Numbered from the stretch's first letter, positions 46,046 through 54,996 are shown. The stretch is DNA of 64,000 bases from Tagaea sp. (GCA_044378015.1 JBILXZ010000016.1:1771-65770); one strand, 5' to 3'. The notes: generated by a model from the letters alone, not told the origin. A program made the numbers and translations.

Positions 46046-48019
46046 TTACGTGGCGAAGAAGAACTGCTGCGGCAAGGAAGGACCCGGGTTGGGCCAGCTC
46101 CAGGCTTGCGGCATCTTCAGCGGCACGTTGCGCAGATTGTTCTTGGCGATGCCGAACGAATTGACCGCGAGGCAAACGCCGATCGTTTCGAAGTCCGCAG
46201 CCGCAAGATCGAGCATTTCCTTGACGATCTGGCCACGCTTGGCGAGATCGGGCGTGGCGCGCGCGTCGTCGAACAGCTTCATGCGGCGCTTCTGGCTTTC
46301 CGGCGGCTCCTGGCCTTCCTTGCCGCCCGACACGTACCATTGCGTCCACGGGATCGCGTAGCGCGAGCCTTGCGGATGCTGGGCAAGATAGTCGCGCGGA
46401 TCCAGGATCGGATCGAGGCCGCCGGGGCCGGGCCACGTCGCCGCGTCGTGGTCGTTGCTGTCGCCGCGCGTGTAGTAGAGCGCGCGCTCGATCGTGTTGA
46501 CCTTGATGTCGACGCCGAGTGCCGCCCAATGGCGCTTGACGAGTTCGAGCGTATCGACGGCGTCGGGATAGAGGGTCGGGATCACGTCGATCGAGAAGAA
46601 CACTTTCTGCCCGTCGGGGCGCAGCCGCATGCGGTCGGGTCCGCGCCGGTAACCGAGGCGGTCGAGGATCGCGTTGGCTTGCGCCGGATCGTGGCTGGTG
46701 AACTGGCGCGAGAGCGTTTCGTGGTACCAGGGATGGCCCGGCCGCGGACCGGTCTGGTAGGGCTCCGACTGGCCCAGATAGACGAGATCGATGATCTCCT
46801 TGCGGTCGATGCCGAGCGACAGCGCCTGGCGGAACTCCTTGTTCGCGAACATGGCGCGCATCGCGGGATCTTTGTGCGTCATGTTCAGATAGATCATGCA
46901 TTGCTGCGCGCCCGAGGCGACCAACTCGACGAGGCGGTAGCCGCCGCGCTGCATGTTCTGCGACAGGGTCGGCTTGTTCTGCAGCGAGTCGATGTGGCGG
47001 TCCTGGATGTCGATACGGCCCGAGATCGTGTCGAGCATCAGGGATTCGACGTCCTGCGAGATGTTCATCGTCAGCTGGTCGATGTAAGGCAGCTGCGCGC
47101 CGTTTGTGTCGACCTGCCAGAAATAGGGGTTGCGGCGCATCGTGACGCGCGTCGCCCCGCCCGTGTAGGCTTCCGCGACGACCCACGGATCGAGCGTGGG
47201 CTTCTCCGCGTTGCCCCAGCGCGACGGGATTTCGATGTCGCCGCAGCGCGCGCGGAACAGCGTGGGCCAATCCGACAGGTTGGCCGCACGCACCTGCGCG
47301 TCGAGGCCCGAATTGTACTTGGGATGGAACTGGCTGCAATAGTGCTTCGGGAAGAGCGTGGGGTGCTGGCCGAGCGGCGTCGCGAGATTCTCGAGGAACA
47401 TCGCGTAAGGCGCTTCGAACGCGAACTTGACGGCCGTGTCGCTGACTTTCGTGACCACGGCAGGCTTGCCGCCGATCGTGAGCACCGAGGGAACCGAGCG
47501 GTAGAGCTCGGCGTTCTTCGTGCAGTCCTCGATCGCGAAGACGACGTCGTCGGCGGTGAAGGGCTTGCCGTCCGACCATTTCATGCCGGCGCGCAGATGG
47601 AACACGAACTCGGTCGCGGCGGCGTTCACGTCCCAGCGTTCCGCGACGTTGGGCAGCACTTGCGTGAACTCGAGATTCCATCGCACGAGGCCCTGGTTGC
47701 CGACCATGCGCAGAATCCCGTTGTGGTCGCTCGAGCCGCGCAGGCCCCGGCGCAGCGTGCCGCCGTAGCGGCCCACGGTTTCGTGCGGAGTGACGACCAT
47801 CGGCGTGCGCGGCAAGCGCTGGTCGAGCGGCGGCAGGCGGCCTTCGGCGACCATGCGCGCGAGTTCAGGCGCCTCTTTTGCGGCCGCTTGGGCAAACGCA
47901 ACGGACGGGCTCGCCGCGAGGGCAGCCATCCCGGCAACGCCCTGCAGCAGCACGCGCCGCGACACGGCGCTCTCGATCCTGGTGTCGCTCTCGTTTTTCG
48001 GGTTTGCGCGATCCGGCAT
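46046..48019 (-). CDS. Tat-exported family-5 ABC substrate-binding protein (likely carbohydrate or sugar-acid ligand)
   Basis: Tat motif SRRVLL; LPPLDQRLP, YGGTLR, KWSDGKPFTADD, RNPYFWQVD, FRQALS; RBS GAGGAAG. Confidence 0.85.
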   Translation of the reverse strand: MPDRANPKNESDTRIESAVSRRVLLQGVAGMAALAASPSVAFAQAAAKEAPELARMVAEGRLPPLDQRLPRTPMVVTPHETVGRYGGTLRRGLRGSSDHNGILRMVGNQGLVRWNLEFTQVLPNVAERWDVNAAATEFVFHLRAGMKWSDGKPFTADDVVFAIEDCTKNAELYRSVPSVLTIGGKPAVVTKVSDTAVKFAFEAPYAMFLENLATPLGQHPTLFPKHYCSQFHPKYNSGLDAQVRAANLSDWPTLFRARCGDIEIPSRWGNAEKPTLDPWVVAEAYTGGATRVTMRRNPYFWQVDTNGAQLPYIDQLTMNISQDVESLMLDTISGRIDIQDRHIDSLQNKPTLSQNMQRGGYRLVELVASGAQQCMIYLNMTHKDPAMRAMFANKEFRQALSLGIDRKEIIDLVYLGQSEPYQTGPRPGHPWYHETLSRQFTSHDPAQANAILDRLGYRRGPDRMRLRPDGQKVFFSIDVIPTLYPDAVDTLELVKRHWAALGVDIKVNTIERALYYTRGDSNDHDAATWPGPGGLDPILDPRDYLAQHPQGSRYAIPWTQWYVSGGKEGQEPPESQKRRMKLFDDARATPDLAKRGQIVKEMLDLAAADFETIGVCLAVNSFGIAKNNLRNVPLKMPQAWSWPNPGPSLPQQFFFAT

Positions 48020-48073
48020 TTGGCTTCCTCCCGTCATGATGCGCCTTTGGGCGCGTTTGTTGGCCACATTAGT

Positions 48074-48091
48074 GCACTAATATATCAGAGT
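48074..48091. promoter_or_regulatory. Putative GntR operator 1, upstream of the ABC operon
   Basis: GCACTAATATATCAGAGT, overlapping the perfect palindrome ATTAGTGCACTAAT (48068-48081); matches operator 2. Confidence 0.65.
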
Positions 48092-48092
48092 G

Positions 48093-48851
48093 TCAACCTC
48101 GCTTCTTGTCTCCGGCAGGCGCCGCCGTGCGGACATATTCGGGAAACCGCGCGCAGAGATTTTCGATGTTCGCAAGCGTGCCGGACAGGTGCTTGCGCAG
48201 GAAGGCTTGCGCCAGTTCGGGCTCGCGCTCGGCGATCGCGTCGGCGATGGCCTGATGCTCCTCGATCACGATCTGGATGTTGCGCCGTTCCGGCAGATGG
48301 AGGCGGCGCAGCCGGTCCATCTGGCCGCGACGGTGGCGCGCCAGATGCCACAGATCCTGCACGCACGCGGCCTCGTACAGGATCCAGTGGAAATGCTGGT
48401 CCTCGGCCGAGAACGGTTCCAAATCGCCGGTTTTGCCGATGTGGCGCTGGCGCTCCAGCGACGCGCGCAAGGACGCAACCAGCGCATCCGATCGCGACAT
48501 TGCGAGATCGCGCACGATTTCGAGTTCGATCGCGCGGCGCAGGAAATGCGCGGCGCGCACGGCCTCGAGATCGATGAGGCTGACGACCGTGGCGTGCTGC
48601 GGAAACACCTCGACGAGTCCCTCGGCCGCAAGCCGCATCAGCGCATCGCGCACCGGCGTCTGGCTCACGCCCAGCTGGCGCGCAAGGGCAGCGCGCGACA
48701 GGACCGTGCCGGGTGCCAGCTGCAGCGAAACGATCGCCTCGCGCAGCCGCTCGAACGCATGCGGGGCGGCCCTGCCGCGGCGCACGGGCGTCGCGGCCGT
48801 CGAGCGGCGGGCGGATTTGCGCGAGCGCAGAGGAGCAGCAGGCGTAGCCAT
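48093..48851 (-). CDS. GntR family transcriptional regulator (FCD domain)
   Basis: LREAIVSLQLAPG, LARQLGVSQTPVRDAL, FHWIL, EEHQAI. Confidence 0.9.
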   Translation of the reverse strand: MATPAAPLRSRKSARRSTAATPVRRGRAAPHAFERLREAIVSLQLAPGTVLSRAALARQLGVSQTPVRDALMRLAAEGLVEVFPQHATVVSLIDLEAVRAAHFLRRAIELEIVRDLAMSRSDALVASLRASLERQRHIGKTGDLEPFSAEDQHFHWILYEAACVQDLWHLARHRRGQMDRLRRLHLPERRNIQIVIEEHQAIADAIAEREPELAQAFLRKHLSGTLANIENLCARFPEYVRTAAPAGDKKRG

Positions 48852-48888
48852 TACGCCGCCAGTCTAGCAGAGTTGGCGCTTCGGTCGA

Positions 48889-48906
48889 GCGCTAATATAT
48901 TAGTGC
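48889..48906. promoter_or_regulatory. Putative GntR operator 2, in the divergent gntR/udh promoter
   Basis: GCGCTAATATATTAGTGC, an 18-bp palindrome with one mismatched pair. Confidence 0.65.
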
Positions 48907-48963
48907 TTTGAAGCGCGCGCGCGCCTCGCTAGACTGTCCGGCACAAACGAACGGGAGGGACCC

Positions 48964-49770
48964 TTGAACATTCTTCTGACCGGTGCTGCCGGGCATATCG
49001 GCGGCAAGCTGCGCCGCCTGTTCGCCGGGCGCTACGCGAAACTGCGCGTGAGCGACGTTGCCCCCATCGCGGATCTCGCGCCCGGCGAAGAGAATTTCAC
49101 CTGCGATCTCGCCGACAGGGCGGCAGTCGAACGCGCCATGGACGGCATCGACGGCGTGATCCATCTGGGCGCTCTGTCGGTCGAATACGATTTCGACAGG
49201 ATCCTGCAGGCCAACATCGTCGGCACCTACAACGTCTACGAGGCCGCGCGCAAAGCCGGCGCCAAGCGTATCGTGTTTGGCAGCTCGAACCACGCGGTGG
49301 GCTTCCATGCGCGCAGCACGACCATCGACCACCGCGCCGACATTCGCCCCGACACGCGCTACGGCCTCAGCAAATGCTGGGGCGAAGCGGTCTCCGCGCT
49401 CTATGCCGACAAATACGGCGTCGAAACGCTCAATATCCGCATCGGCAATGCGGCCGACGTGCCGCAGACTTTGCGCGCCCTCGCCCTTTGGACGAGTGCC
49501 CGCGATCTGGCGCAGCTCGTCGCGATCGGGCTCGAGCATCCGGACATTCGCTGCGAGATCGTGTACGGCATTTCGCGCAACAGCCGGGCCTGGTACGACA
49601 ATTCGAACGCCTATCGCCTCGGCTACAAGCCGCAGGACAGTGCCGACGACCATGTCGCGGCCGCCGAAGCCGGCGAAAAAAGCGCCGTCCAGGACGAGGT
49701 TTCGCTGCACTTCCAGGGCGGGCCGTTCTGCTCGGCCGAATACGTTCCGCCGCTGCGCAAGGCCCGCTAG
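48964..49770 (+). CDS. NAD-dependent extended SDR, uronate dehydrogenase (Udh)-like
   Basis: TGAAGHIG, HLGALSVE, SSNHAVG, RPDTRYGLSK, RIGN; TTG start with GGGAGGGA RBS. Confidence 0.78.
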   Translation: MNILLTGAAGHIGGKLRRLFAGRYAKLRVSDVAPIADLAPGEENFTCDLADRAAVERAMDGIDGVIHLGALSVEYDFDRILQANIVGTYNVYEAARKAGAKRIVFGSSNHAVGFHARSTTIDHRADIRPDTRYGLSKCWGEAVSALYADKYGVETLNIRIGNAADVPQTLRALALWTSARDLAQLVAIGLEHPDIRCEIVYGISRNSRAWYDNSNAYRLGYKPQDSADDHVAAAEAGEKSAVQDEVSLHFQGGPFCSAEYVPPLRKAR

Positions 49771-49774
49771 CGCC

Positions 49775-51046
49775 ATGCTTCGCCCCAATCCGCGCATCGC
49801 TTCCGTCCGCGCGACGCCGATCGCGTTCCGCGATCCGCCGCTGCTCAACGTGGCCGGCGTGCACGAAGCCTTCGCCTTGCGCAGCATCGTCGAGGTCGAA
49901 ACCGAAGACGGCCGAATCGGCCTCGGCGAGAGCTACGGCGATCTCGAAACCCTCGCCAATCTCGCCAAGATCGGCCCGCTGCTCGTGGGCCTCGACCCGT
50001 ACGACCTCAACGGCCTTGCCGCGCGCAGCTACCAGGCGCTCACAGGCCGGGAATTCGCGGGCCAGACCTATCCGGCGGCCGGCGACAAGGCGCTGGCGAG
50101 TGCGATCGCCGCTTTCGAAGTGGCGTTCCTCGATCTGCAGGGCCAGATCGCATGCCTGCCGCTGTGGGCGATCCTCGGCGGCAAGGTGCGCGAGCGCGTG
50201 CCCTTCAGCGCCTATCTCTTCTACAAATTCAAGCGGCACAAGGACGACCCGGGCTATCCCGCCGACGATTGGGGCGAGGCGATCGACCATGCCCAAATCG
50301 CGGCGCAGGCCAAGCGCATGGTGCGCGAGCACGGCTTCGGCTCGATCAAACTCAAGGCCGGCGTGTTCGAGCCCGATTTCGAAATCGAGTCCTTGCGCGC
50401 ACTGCGCAAAGCCTTCCCCGACCATCCGCTGCGCATCGATCCCAACGGCGGCTGGTCGGTCGCGACGACCAAACGCGTGATGCCGCAGCTCGACGGCCTG
50501 CTCGAATATCTCGAAGACCCGACCGGCACACTCGAAGAAATGGGCGAGGTCGCGGCCTTCGCCAAAATGCCGCTCGCGACCAACATGGTCACGATCGCCT
50601 TCGGCCACATCCCCAAATCGGTGCGTCTCAATGCCGTACAGATCGTGCTGAGCGACCACCATTACTGGGGCGGCCTGCGCGCCACGCAGCATCTGGCGCA
50701 GATCGGCCGCGTGTTCGGGCTCGGCATTTCGATGCACTCGAACTCGCATCTCGGCATCAGCCTCGCCGCGATGGCGCATGTGGGCGCCGCGATCCCGAAC
50801 CTCGCCTATGCCTGCGACACGCACTATCCCTGGCAGGTCGAAGAGGTGATCGACGGCGGCAAGCTCAAGTTCGAAGGCGGCAGCCTGGCGCCGCCGCAGG
50901 GCAACGGCCTCGGCGTGCGGCTCGACCGCACGGCCCTTGCCGCCTTGCACCGCCAGTACCAGACCTGCGGCATCCGCACGCGCGACGACGCCAAGGAGAT
51001 GCGCAAATACCGGCCGGACTGGAGCTCGGCTCGGCCGCGCTTCTAG
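49775..51046 (+). CDS. Glucarate dehydratase family (GudD-like) enolase
   Basis: DPPLLN, IKLKAGV, RIDPNG, YLEDP, ATNM, DHHYWGG, MHSNSHLG, CDTHYPW. Confidence 0.85.
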   Translation: MLRPNPRIASVRATPIAFRDPPLLNVAGVHEAFALRSIVEVETEDGRIGLGESYGDLETLANLAKIGPLLVGLDPYDLNGLAARSYQALTGREFAGQTYPAAGDKALASAIAAFEVAFLDLQGQIACLPLWAILGGKVRERVPFSAYLFYKFKRHKDDPGYPADDWGEAIDHAQIAAQAKRMVREHGFGSIKLKAGVFEPDFEIESLRALRKAFPDHPLRIDPNGGWSVATTKRVMPQLDGLLEYLEDPTGTLEEMGEVAAFAKMPLATNMVTIAFGHIPKSVRLNAVQIVLSDHHYWGGLRATQHLAQIGRVFGLGISMHSNSHLGISLAAMAHVGAAIPNLAYACDTHYPWQVEEVIDGGKLKFEGGSLAPPQGNGLGVRLDRTALAALHRQYQTCGIRTRDDAKEMRKYRPDWSSARPRF

Positions 51047-51048
51047 GC

Positions 51049-51591
51049 TCAAACGGCGAAGAACACCGTTTCGCCTTCGCCCTGCAGCCGCACGTCGAAG
51101 CGCCAGCGCCCCGGCGTTTCCTGCGATGCGATCAGCGTCGAACGCCGCGCGGCGGGCACCAAGGCGAGCACGGCGTCCGCAGCGTTGGCGGGCTCGTCCG
51201 CAAAATAGAGCCGCGTGTAGAGCCGGTTCAAGAGCCCGCGCCCGAGCACCGAAACGGCGATGTGCGGGGCGTTCGCACCCGCCGCGCCGGGCTTCACAGT
51301 TTGCAACCTGAAGATGCCGCCGGCATCCGTCGCCACCCGCGCGAAGCCGCGGAACAGCGCGTTGGCCGGCAGCCCGGCCGCGTCGGCCTGCCAGAATTCG
51401 AGCATCGCGTCGCCGACGGGCGCGCCGTCGCCGTCGAGCACCGCGCCGATAACTTCGATCGCCGCGCCCGCCCCCGCGATCGCCGCATCGACCGCGGCCG
51501 CGTAGGGATAGCCCGCAGGCGCAAGGCAATAATGGAAAAACGGCCCCACCGTCTGCGACGGCGTGATGCCCAACGTTTTGCGCTCAACCAT
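51049..51591 (-). CDS. pcaG: Protocatechuate 3,4-dioxygenase alpha subunit
   Basis: TPSQTVGPFF, EFWQADAAG, APHIAV, LYTRLYF, FDVRLQGEGETVFF. Confidence 0.92.
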   Translation of the reverse strand: MVERKTLGITPSQTVGPFFHYCLAPAGYPYAAAVDAAIAGAGAAIEVIGAVLDGDGAPVGDAMLEFWQADAAGLPANALFRGFARVATDAGGIFRLQTVKPGAAGANAPHIAVSVLGRGLLNRLYTRLYFADEPANAADAVLALVPAARRSTLIASQETPGRWRFDVRLQGEGETVFFAV

Positions 51592-52300
51592 GGGCACCCT
51601 CCGCTTCGAACGGCGTGGCCGCCCGGCCGCGCAGCACGATGTCCCACGCATAGCCGAGCGCCCATTCGGGCATCGTCGTGTCGATGTCGAAGCGCGCCAC
51701 CATCCGCGCGCGCGCGGCCGGATCGGGCACCGAGCCCATGATCGGATCGAGCGCATGCAGCGGATCGCCCGGGAAATACATCTGCGTCACCAGCCGCTGC
51801 AAAAACGAGCGCCCGAACAGCGAAAAATGGATATGCGCAGGCCGCCAGGCATTTTCGTGGTTGCGCCACGGATAGGCGCCGGGTCGAATGGTCGTGAAAC
51901 GATAGCGACCTTGCGCGTCGGTCGCAACGCGCCCCGCCCCGTAGAAATGCGGATCGAGCGGGGCCGGATGCCGGTCGACCGCATGGATGTAGCGGCCCGC
52001 CGCATTGGCCTGCCAGATCTCGACGAGCGTGTCGGGCACGGGCCTGCCGTCCTCGTCGAGCACGCGGCCCGACACGATTATGCGTTCGCCCTGCGCCTCT
52101 CTGCCGTCGGCGGTCTTGGTGAGGTCGTCGTCGCCGGGGCGGATCGAATCGTGCCCGAGTATTGGCCCCGACAATTCGGAAGCGCCCGCCGGGATCGCGA
52201 TCGGCGGCAGCAGGGGTGCGCGCTTCTGCGTGCTGCGATAGCCCGGCGACAGCGACGGCGCATGTGCCGCCAAACTCGCCACGGGATAGATATCGGCCAT
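51584..52300 (-). CDS. pcaH: Protocatechuate 3,4-dioxygenase beta subunit
   Basis: EIWQANAAGRYIH, PGAYPWRNHENAWRPAHIHFS, LVTQMYFPGDP; start trimmed to MADIYP. Confidence 0.93.
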   Translation of the reverse strand: MADIYPVASLAAHAPSLSPGYRSTQKRAPLLPPIAIPAGASELSGPILGHDSIRPGDDDLTKTADGREAQGERIIVSGRVLDEDGRPVPDTLVEIWQANAAGRYIHAVDRHPAPLDPHFYGAGRVATDAQGRYRFTTIRPGAYPWRNHENAWRPAHIHFSLFGRSFLQRLVTQMYFPGDPLHALDPIMGSVPDPAARARMVARFDIDTTMPEWALGYAWDIVLRGRAATPFEAEGAHG

Positions 52301-52441
52301 GTCGTCTCCCCCACCCGGCCATGCCGCTTTGGACATGCGGCAACATGCTACAATCGGCGACAGGCGTTGACTATAGGCGACATCGGTAACCTATTTCCAA
52401 CGCGCTGAAATCAAACGCCAAGTGCGCGATTTCGAGACAAT

Positions 52442-52477
52442 TAGGCGACGGATTCGGATTTTCCGAATTGTCGCCTA
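52442..52477. promoter_or_regulatory. Long inverted repeat in the intergenic region upstream of pcaH
   Basis: TAGGCGACGGATTCGGA-TTT-TCCGAATTGTCGCCTA. Confidence 0.45.
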
Positions 52478-52592
52478 TTTCCGGATATTCACCATGTCAA
52501 ACAGCGCGACGCCGCTGCCCCTCTTTTGCCGAAAGAGGAGCAGCGGCGCAAGCTAAGAGCCTTGCAAAAAACAACCTAAATGTCAAGAATCT

Positions 52593-53009
52593 TCAGGGTA
52601 CTGCTTCGAACAGAATGTCCTGGGCACCCTGCCACAGCACGGTCTTGCCGAAGGTCGCGAGATTTTCGAGCCCGTCGGTCAGCGTGATGAAATGGCTGCC
52701 GGCCAACTGCCCCATTTTGCTCGCAAACCGCACGCCGCCATAGGCGAGGAGCAGCTCGGTTTCGCTGATGCCGCCGGGATACAGCAGAATATGGCCGGGT
52801 GCGGGATAGCTCGTGTGGTTCTCGAAACCGAGCCCGAGATCGAGGGACCCAAGCGGAATCCAGCAACCCTCCCCGCTCCAGCGTACATGGATGATCTTGC
52901 TGCGCCACGGCAGCAGGCTGCGGAACTTCGCCACCGTCGCGGGTGCCGCCTCCGCCTCGAAGCGACCGCCGAACACATAGCTTCCTGCCGTCACGCGCAC
53001 GCGATCCAT
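52593..53009 (-). CDS. DUF3830 family protein (cyclophilin-like fold)
   Basis: IHVRWSGEGCWIP, ENHTSYPAPGHILLYPGGISETE; start trimmed to MDRVRV. Confidence 0.8.
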   Translation of the reverse strand: MDRVRVTAGSYVFGGRFEAEAAPATVAKFRSLLPWRSKIIHVRWSGEGCWIPLGSLDLGLGFENHTSYPAPGHILLYPGGISETELLLAYGGVRFASKMGQLAGSHFITLTDGLENLATFGKTVLWQGAQDILFEAVP

Positions 53010-53212
53010 TTTTTGCCCTCTTGTTCGCCGATGATGCGGTTGTCGATCGACAGAATCTAGACGGCTCGGGTGCCCACGTCCAACGCACGACAAGTTCGAG
53101 CCATTCTAAGATTGTATAGCCAAAAACAAGGCGTGGAGAATCGCATTGATTTCGTCGGTAATTCGCTTTATGTTCTTTTAAGACTATTTAAACTTTTAAA
53201 AGAATTTAGCCT

Positions 53213-53689
53213 ATGCCGCTCATCGACAAGAAAATCCCCGGCTGGCTGAAAGGTGCCGTCGCCGGGATGCTGCTTCTGACGGTCGGGCATTTTGTGCACC
53301 AAACCTTCTTCGTCGGATGGCGCACCTATCACGTGCCGATCTTCACGGATCTGCCGTTTGCAGCAAACGAAACGCGCTACGACATCTTCGTCGATGGCCA
53401 ATACAGGAAAAAGACGTTTTTTGTCAGACCCGCGCGAGGCGACACGTTCGGCCTCTACGGCGCAGAACCGCTTCGCTTGCCCAAACGGAGCGCCACGCTG
53501 TCGCTGGTACCGCAATCGACCAACACTGCGAATGCTACATATCGCTTCGAGGTCGAGAACAATTTCGAAAGCCAAATCGACTGCTACATTCTTGTTAGAT
53601 TGCGCCAAGGTGTGCCGACAGTCGAAGGATGCATATATATCGACTATAACGGTTCCAATTTTGCCTCCTTCGTTGATTTCGTCAACTAA
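53213..53689 (+). CDS. Hypothetical membrane-anchored protein with lower GC and atypical codon usage
   Basis: 158 aa, one N-terminal TM segment, beta-rich remainder; many A/T-ending codons. Confidence 0.6.
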   Translation: MPLIDKKIPGWLKGAVAGMLLLTVGHFVHQTFFVGWRTYHVPIFTDLPFAANETRYDIFVDGQYRKKTFFVRPARGDTFGLYGAEPLRLPKRSATLSLVPQSTNTANATYRFEVENNFESQIDCYILVRLRQGVPTVEGCIYIDYNGSNFASFVDFVN

Positions 53690-53821
53690 CCCGACGGAAA
53701 GGAAAGTGCCTCAACCGAACACGAATGCCGTCCGATGGGCAATCCAAGCGGCGGTTGGCGGCGATGCGGTCTTTGCTCTAACCTAGCATCCGTCGCGAAC
53801 AGGAAGACGGAAAGCCGCCAG

Positions 53822-54964
53822 ATGCCCCTCATCAAATACATCACCGACATCCAGATCGATTTCGGCGCATCGAAGGTTCTGCCCGAGGCGTGTGCAGCCG
53901 CCGGCATCAAGCGCCCCCTGGTCGTGACCGACAAGGGCGTGGTCGCCGCCGGTGTGGCCGCCCAAGCGCTGGCCGCGATCGAGGGCAAGCTGCCCTATGC
54001 GATTTTCGACGGCACACCCGGCAACCCAACCGAACTTGCCGTCGAAGCGGCCCTCGAGGCCTATCGCGCGCACGGCGCGGACGGGCTCGTCGCCGTCGGC
54101 GGCGGCTCGTCGATCGACCTTGCCAAGGGTCTCGCCATTCTCGCCACGCACCCTGCCCCGCTTTCGCAATACGCCACCATCGACGGCGGGGCGCCCAAGA
54201 TCACATCGGCCTGCGCGCCGCTGATCGCGATGCCGACCACCGCGGGGACGGGCAGCGAGGTGGCGCGCGGCGCCATCGTGATCCTCAAGGACGGACGCAA
54301 GGTCGGGTTCCATTCGTGGCATCTGGTGCCGCGCACGGCCATCCTCGATCCGGAATTGACGCTCTCTTTGCCGCCCGGCCTCACGGCCGCGACCGGCATG
54401 GACGCGATGGCGCATTGCATCGAAACCTTTCTCGCACCCGCTTTCAACCCGCCGGCCGACGGCATTGCGCTCGACGGGCTGGCGCGGGCCGCCAAATGGC
54501 TGCGCCGCGCGGTCGAAAACGGCGGCGACCGCGAAGCGCGCCGCCAGATGATGAGTGCGTCGGCGCAGGGTGCGCTCGCCTTCCAGAAAGGCTTGGGGGC
54601 CGTGCATTCGCTGTCGCATGCGCTGGGCAGCTATCGGCAGAAATCGCTGCATCACGGCACGCTCAATGCCGTGCTGCTGCCGGCCGTGTTGCGTTTCAAC
54701 GAAACCGCCGCAAGCGCGGTCGACGAGGACAAATACGCGCGACTGCGCCACGCAATGGGCCTCTCCGCCGGTATGGCCGTCGACGCGGCAATCGCGAAGC
54801 TCAACCGCGATCTCGGCATTGCGGCGGGGCTTGGCGCCATGGGCGTGGAAAAAAGCTTCGTCGACGAGGCCATCGGCAAGGCGATGAAAGACCATTGCCA
54901 CGCGACCAATCCGCGCATCGCTTCGCCGGAAGAATATCGCGCGATGCTGGCCGAAAGCTGGTAA
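53822..54964 (+). CDS. Iron-containing alcohol dehydrogenase
   Basis: GGGSSIDLAK, PTTAGTGSE, DAMAHCIE, AVHSLSH, HHGTLNA; start trimmed to MPLIKY. Confidence 0.9.
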   Translation: MPLIKYITDIQIDFGASKVLPEACAAAGIKRPLVVTDKGVVAAGVAAQALAAIEGKLPYAIFDGTPGNPTELAVEAALEAYRAHGADGLVAVGGGSSIDLAKGLAILATHPAPLSQYATIDGGAPKITSACAPLIAMPTTAGTGSEVARGAIVILKDGRKVGFHSWHLVPRTAILDPELTLSLPPGLTAATGMDAMAHCIETFLAPAFNPPADGIALDGLARAAKWLRRAVENGGDREARRQMMSASAQGALAFQKGLGAVHSLSHALGSYRQKSLHHGTLNAVLLPAVLRFNETAASAVDEDKYARLRHAMGLSAGMAVDAAIAKLNRDLGIAAGLGAMGVEKSFVDEAIGKAMKDHCHATNPRIASPEEYRAMLAESW

Positions 54965-54996
54965 ACGCGCCCGCGCACTCAATTCGGGGAAACGCC

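Noticed and set aside
42153-47681. 1842-aa ORF suggesting a giant protein
   Set aside because: Only the last 565 or so residues (fused ABC ATPase) are real. The upstream part is an off-frame read-through of the permease and SBP genes.
53160-53210. Possible CtrA boxes in the AT-rich patch and at 24907 and 25876
   Set aside because: TTAA half-site spacings are 4-6 or 8 nt rather than 7, consistent with chance in AT-rich DNA.
53706-53786. 26-codon GTG ORF as a CDS
   Set aside because: Too short and featureless to support on its own; mentioned only within the AT-rich patch finding.
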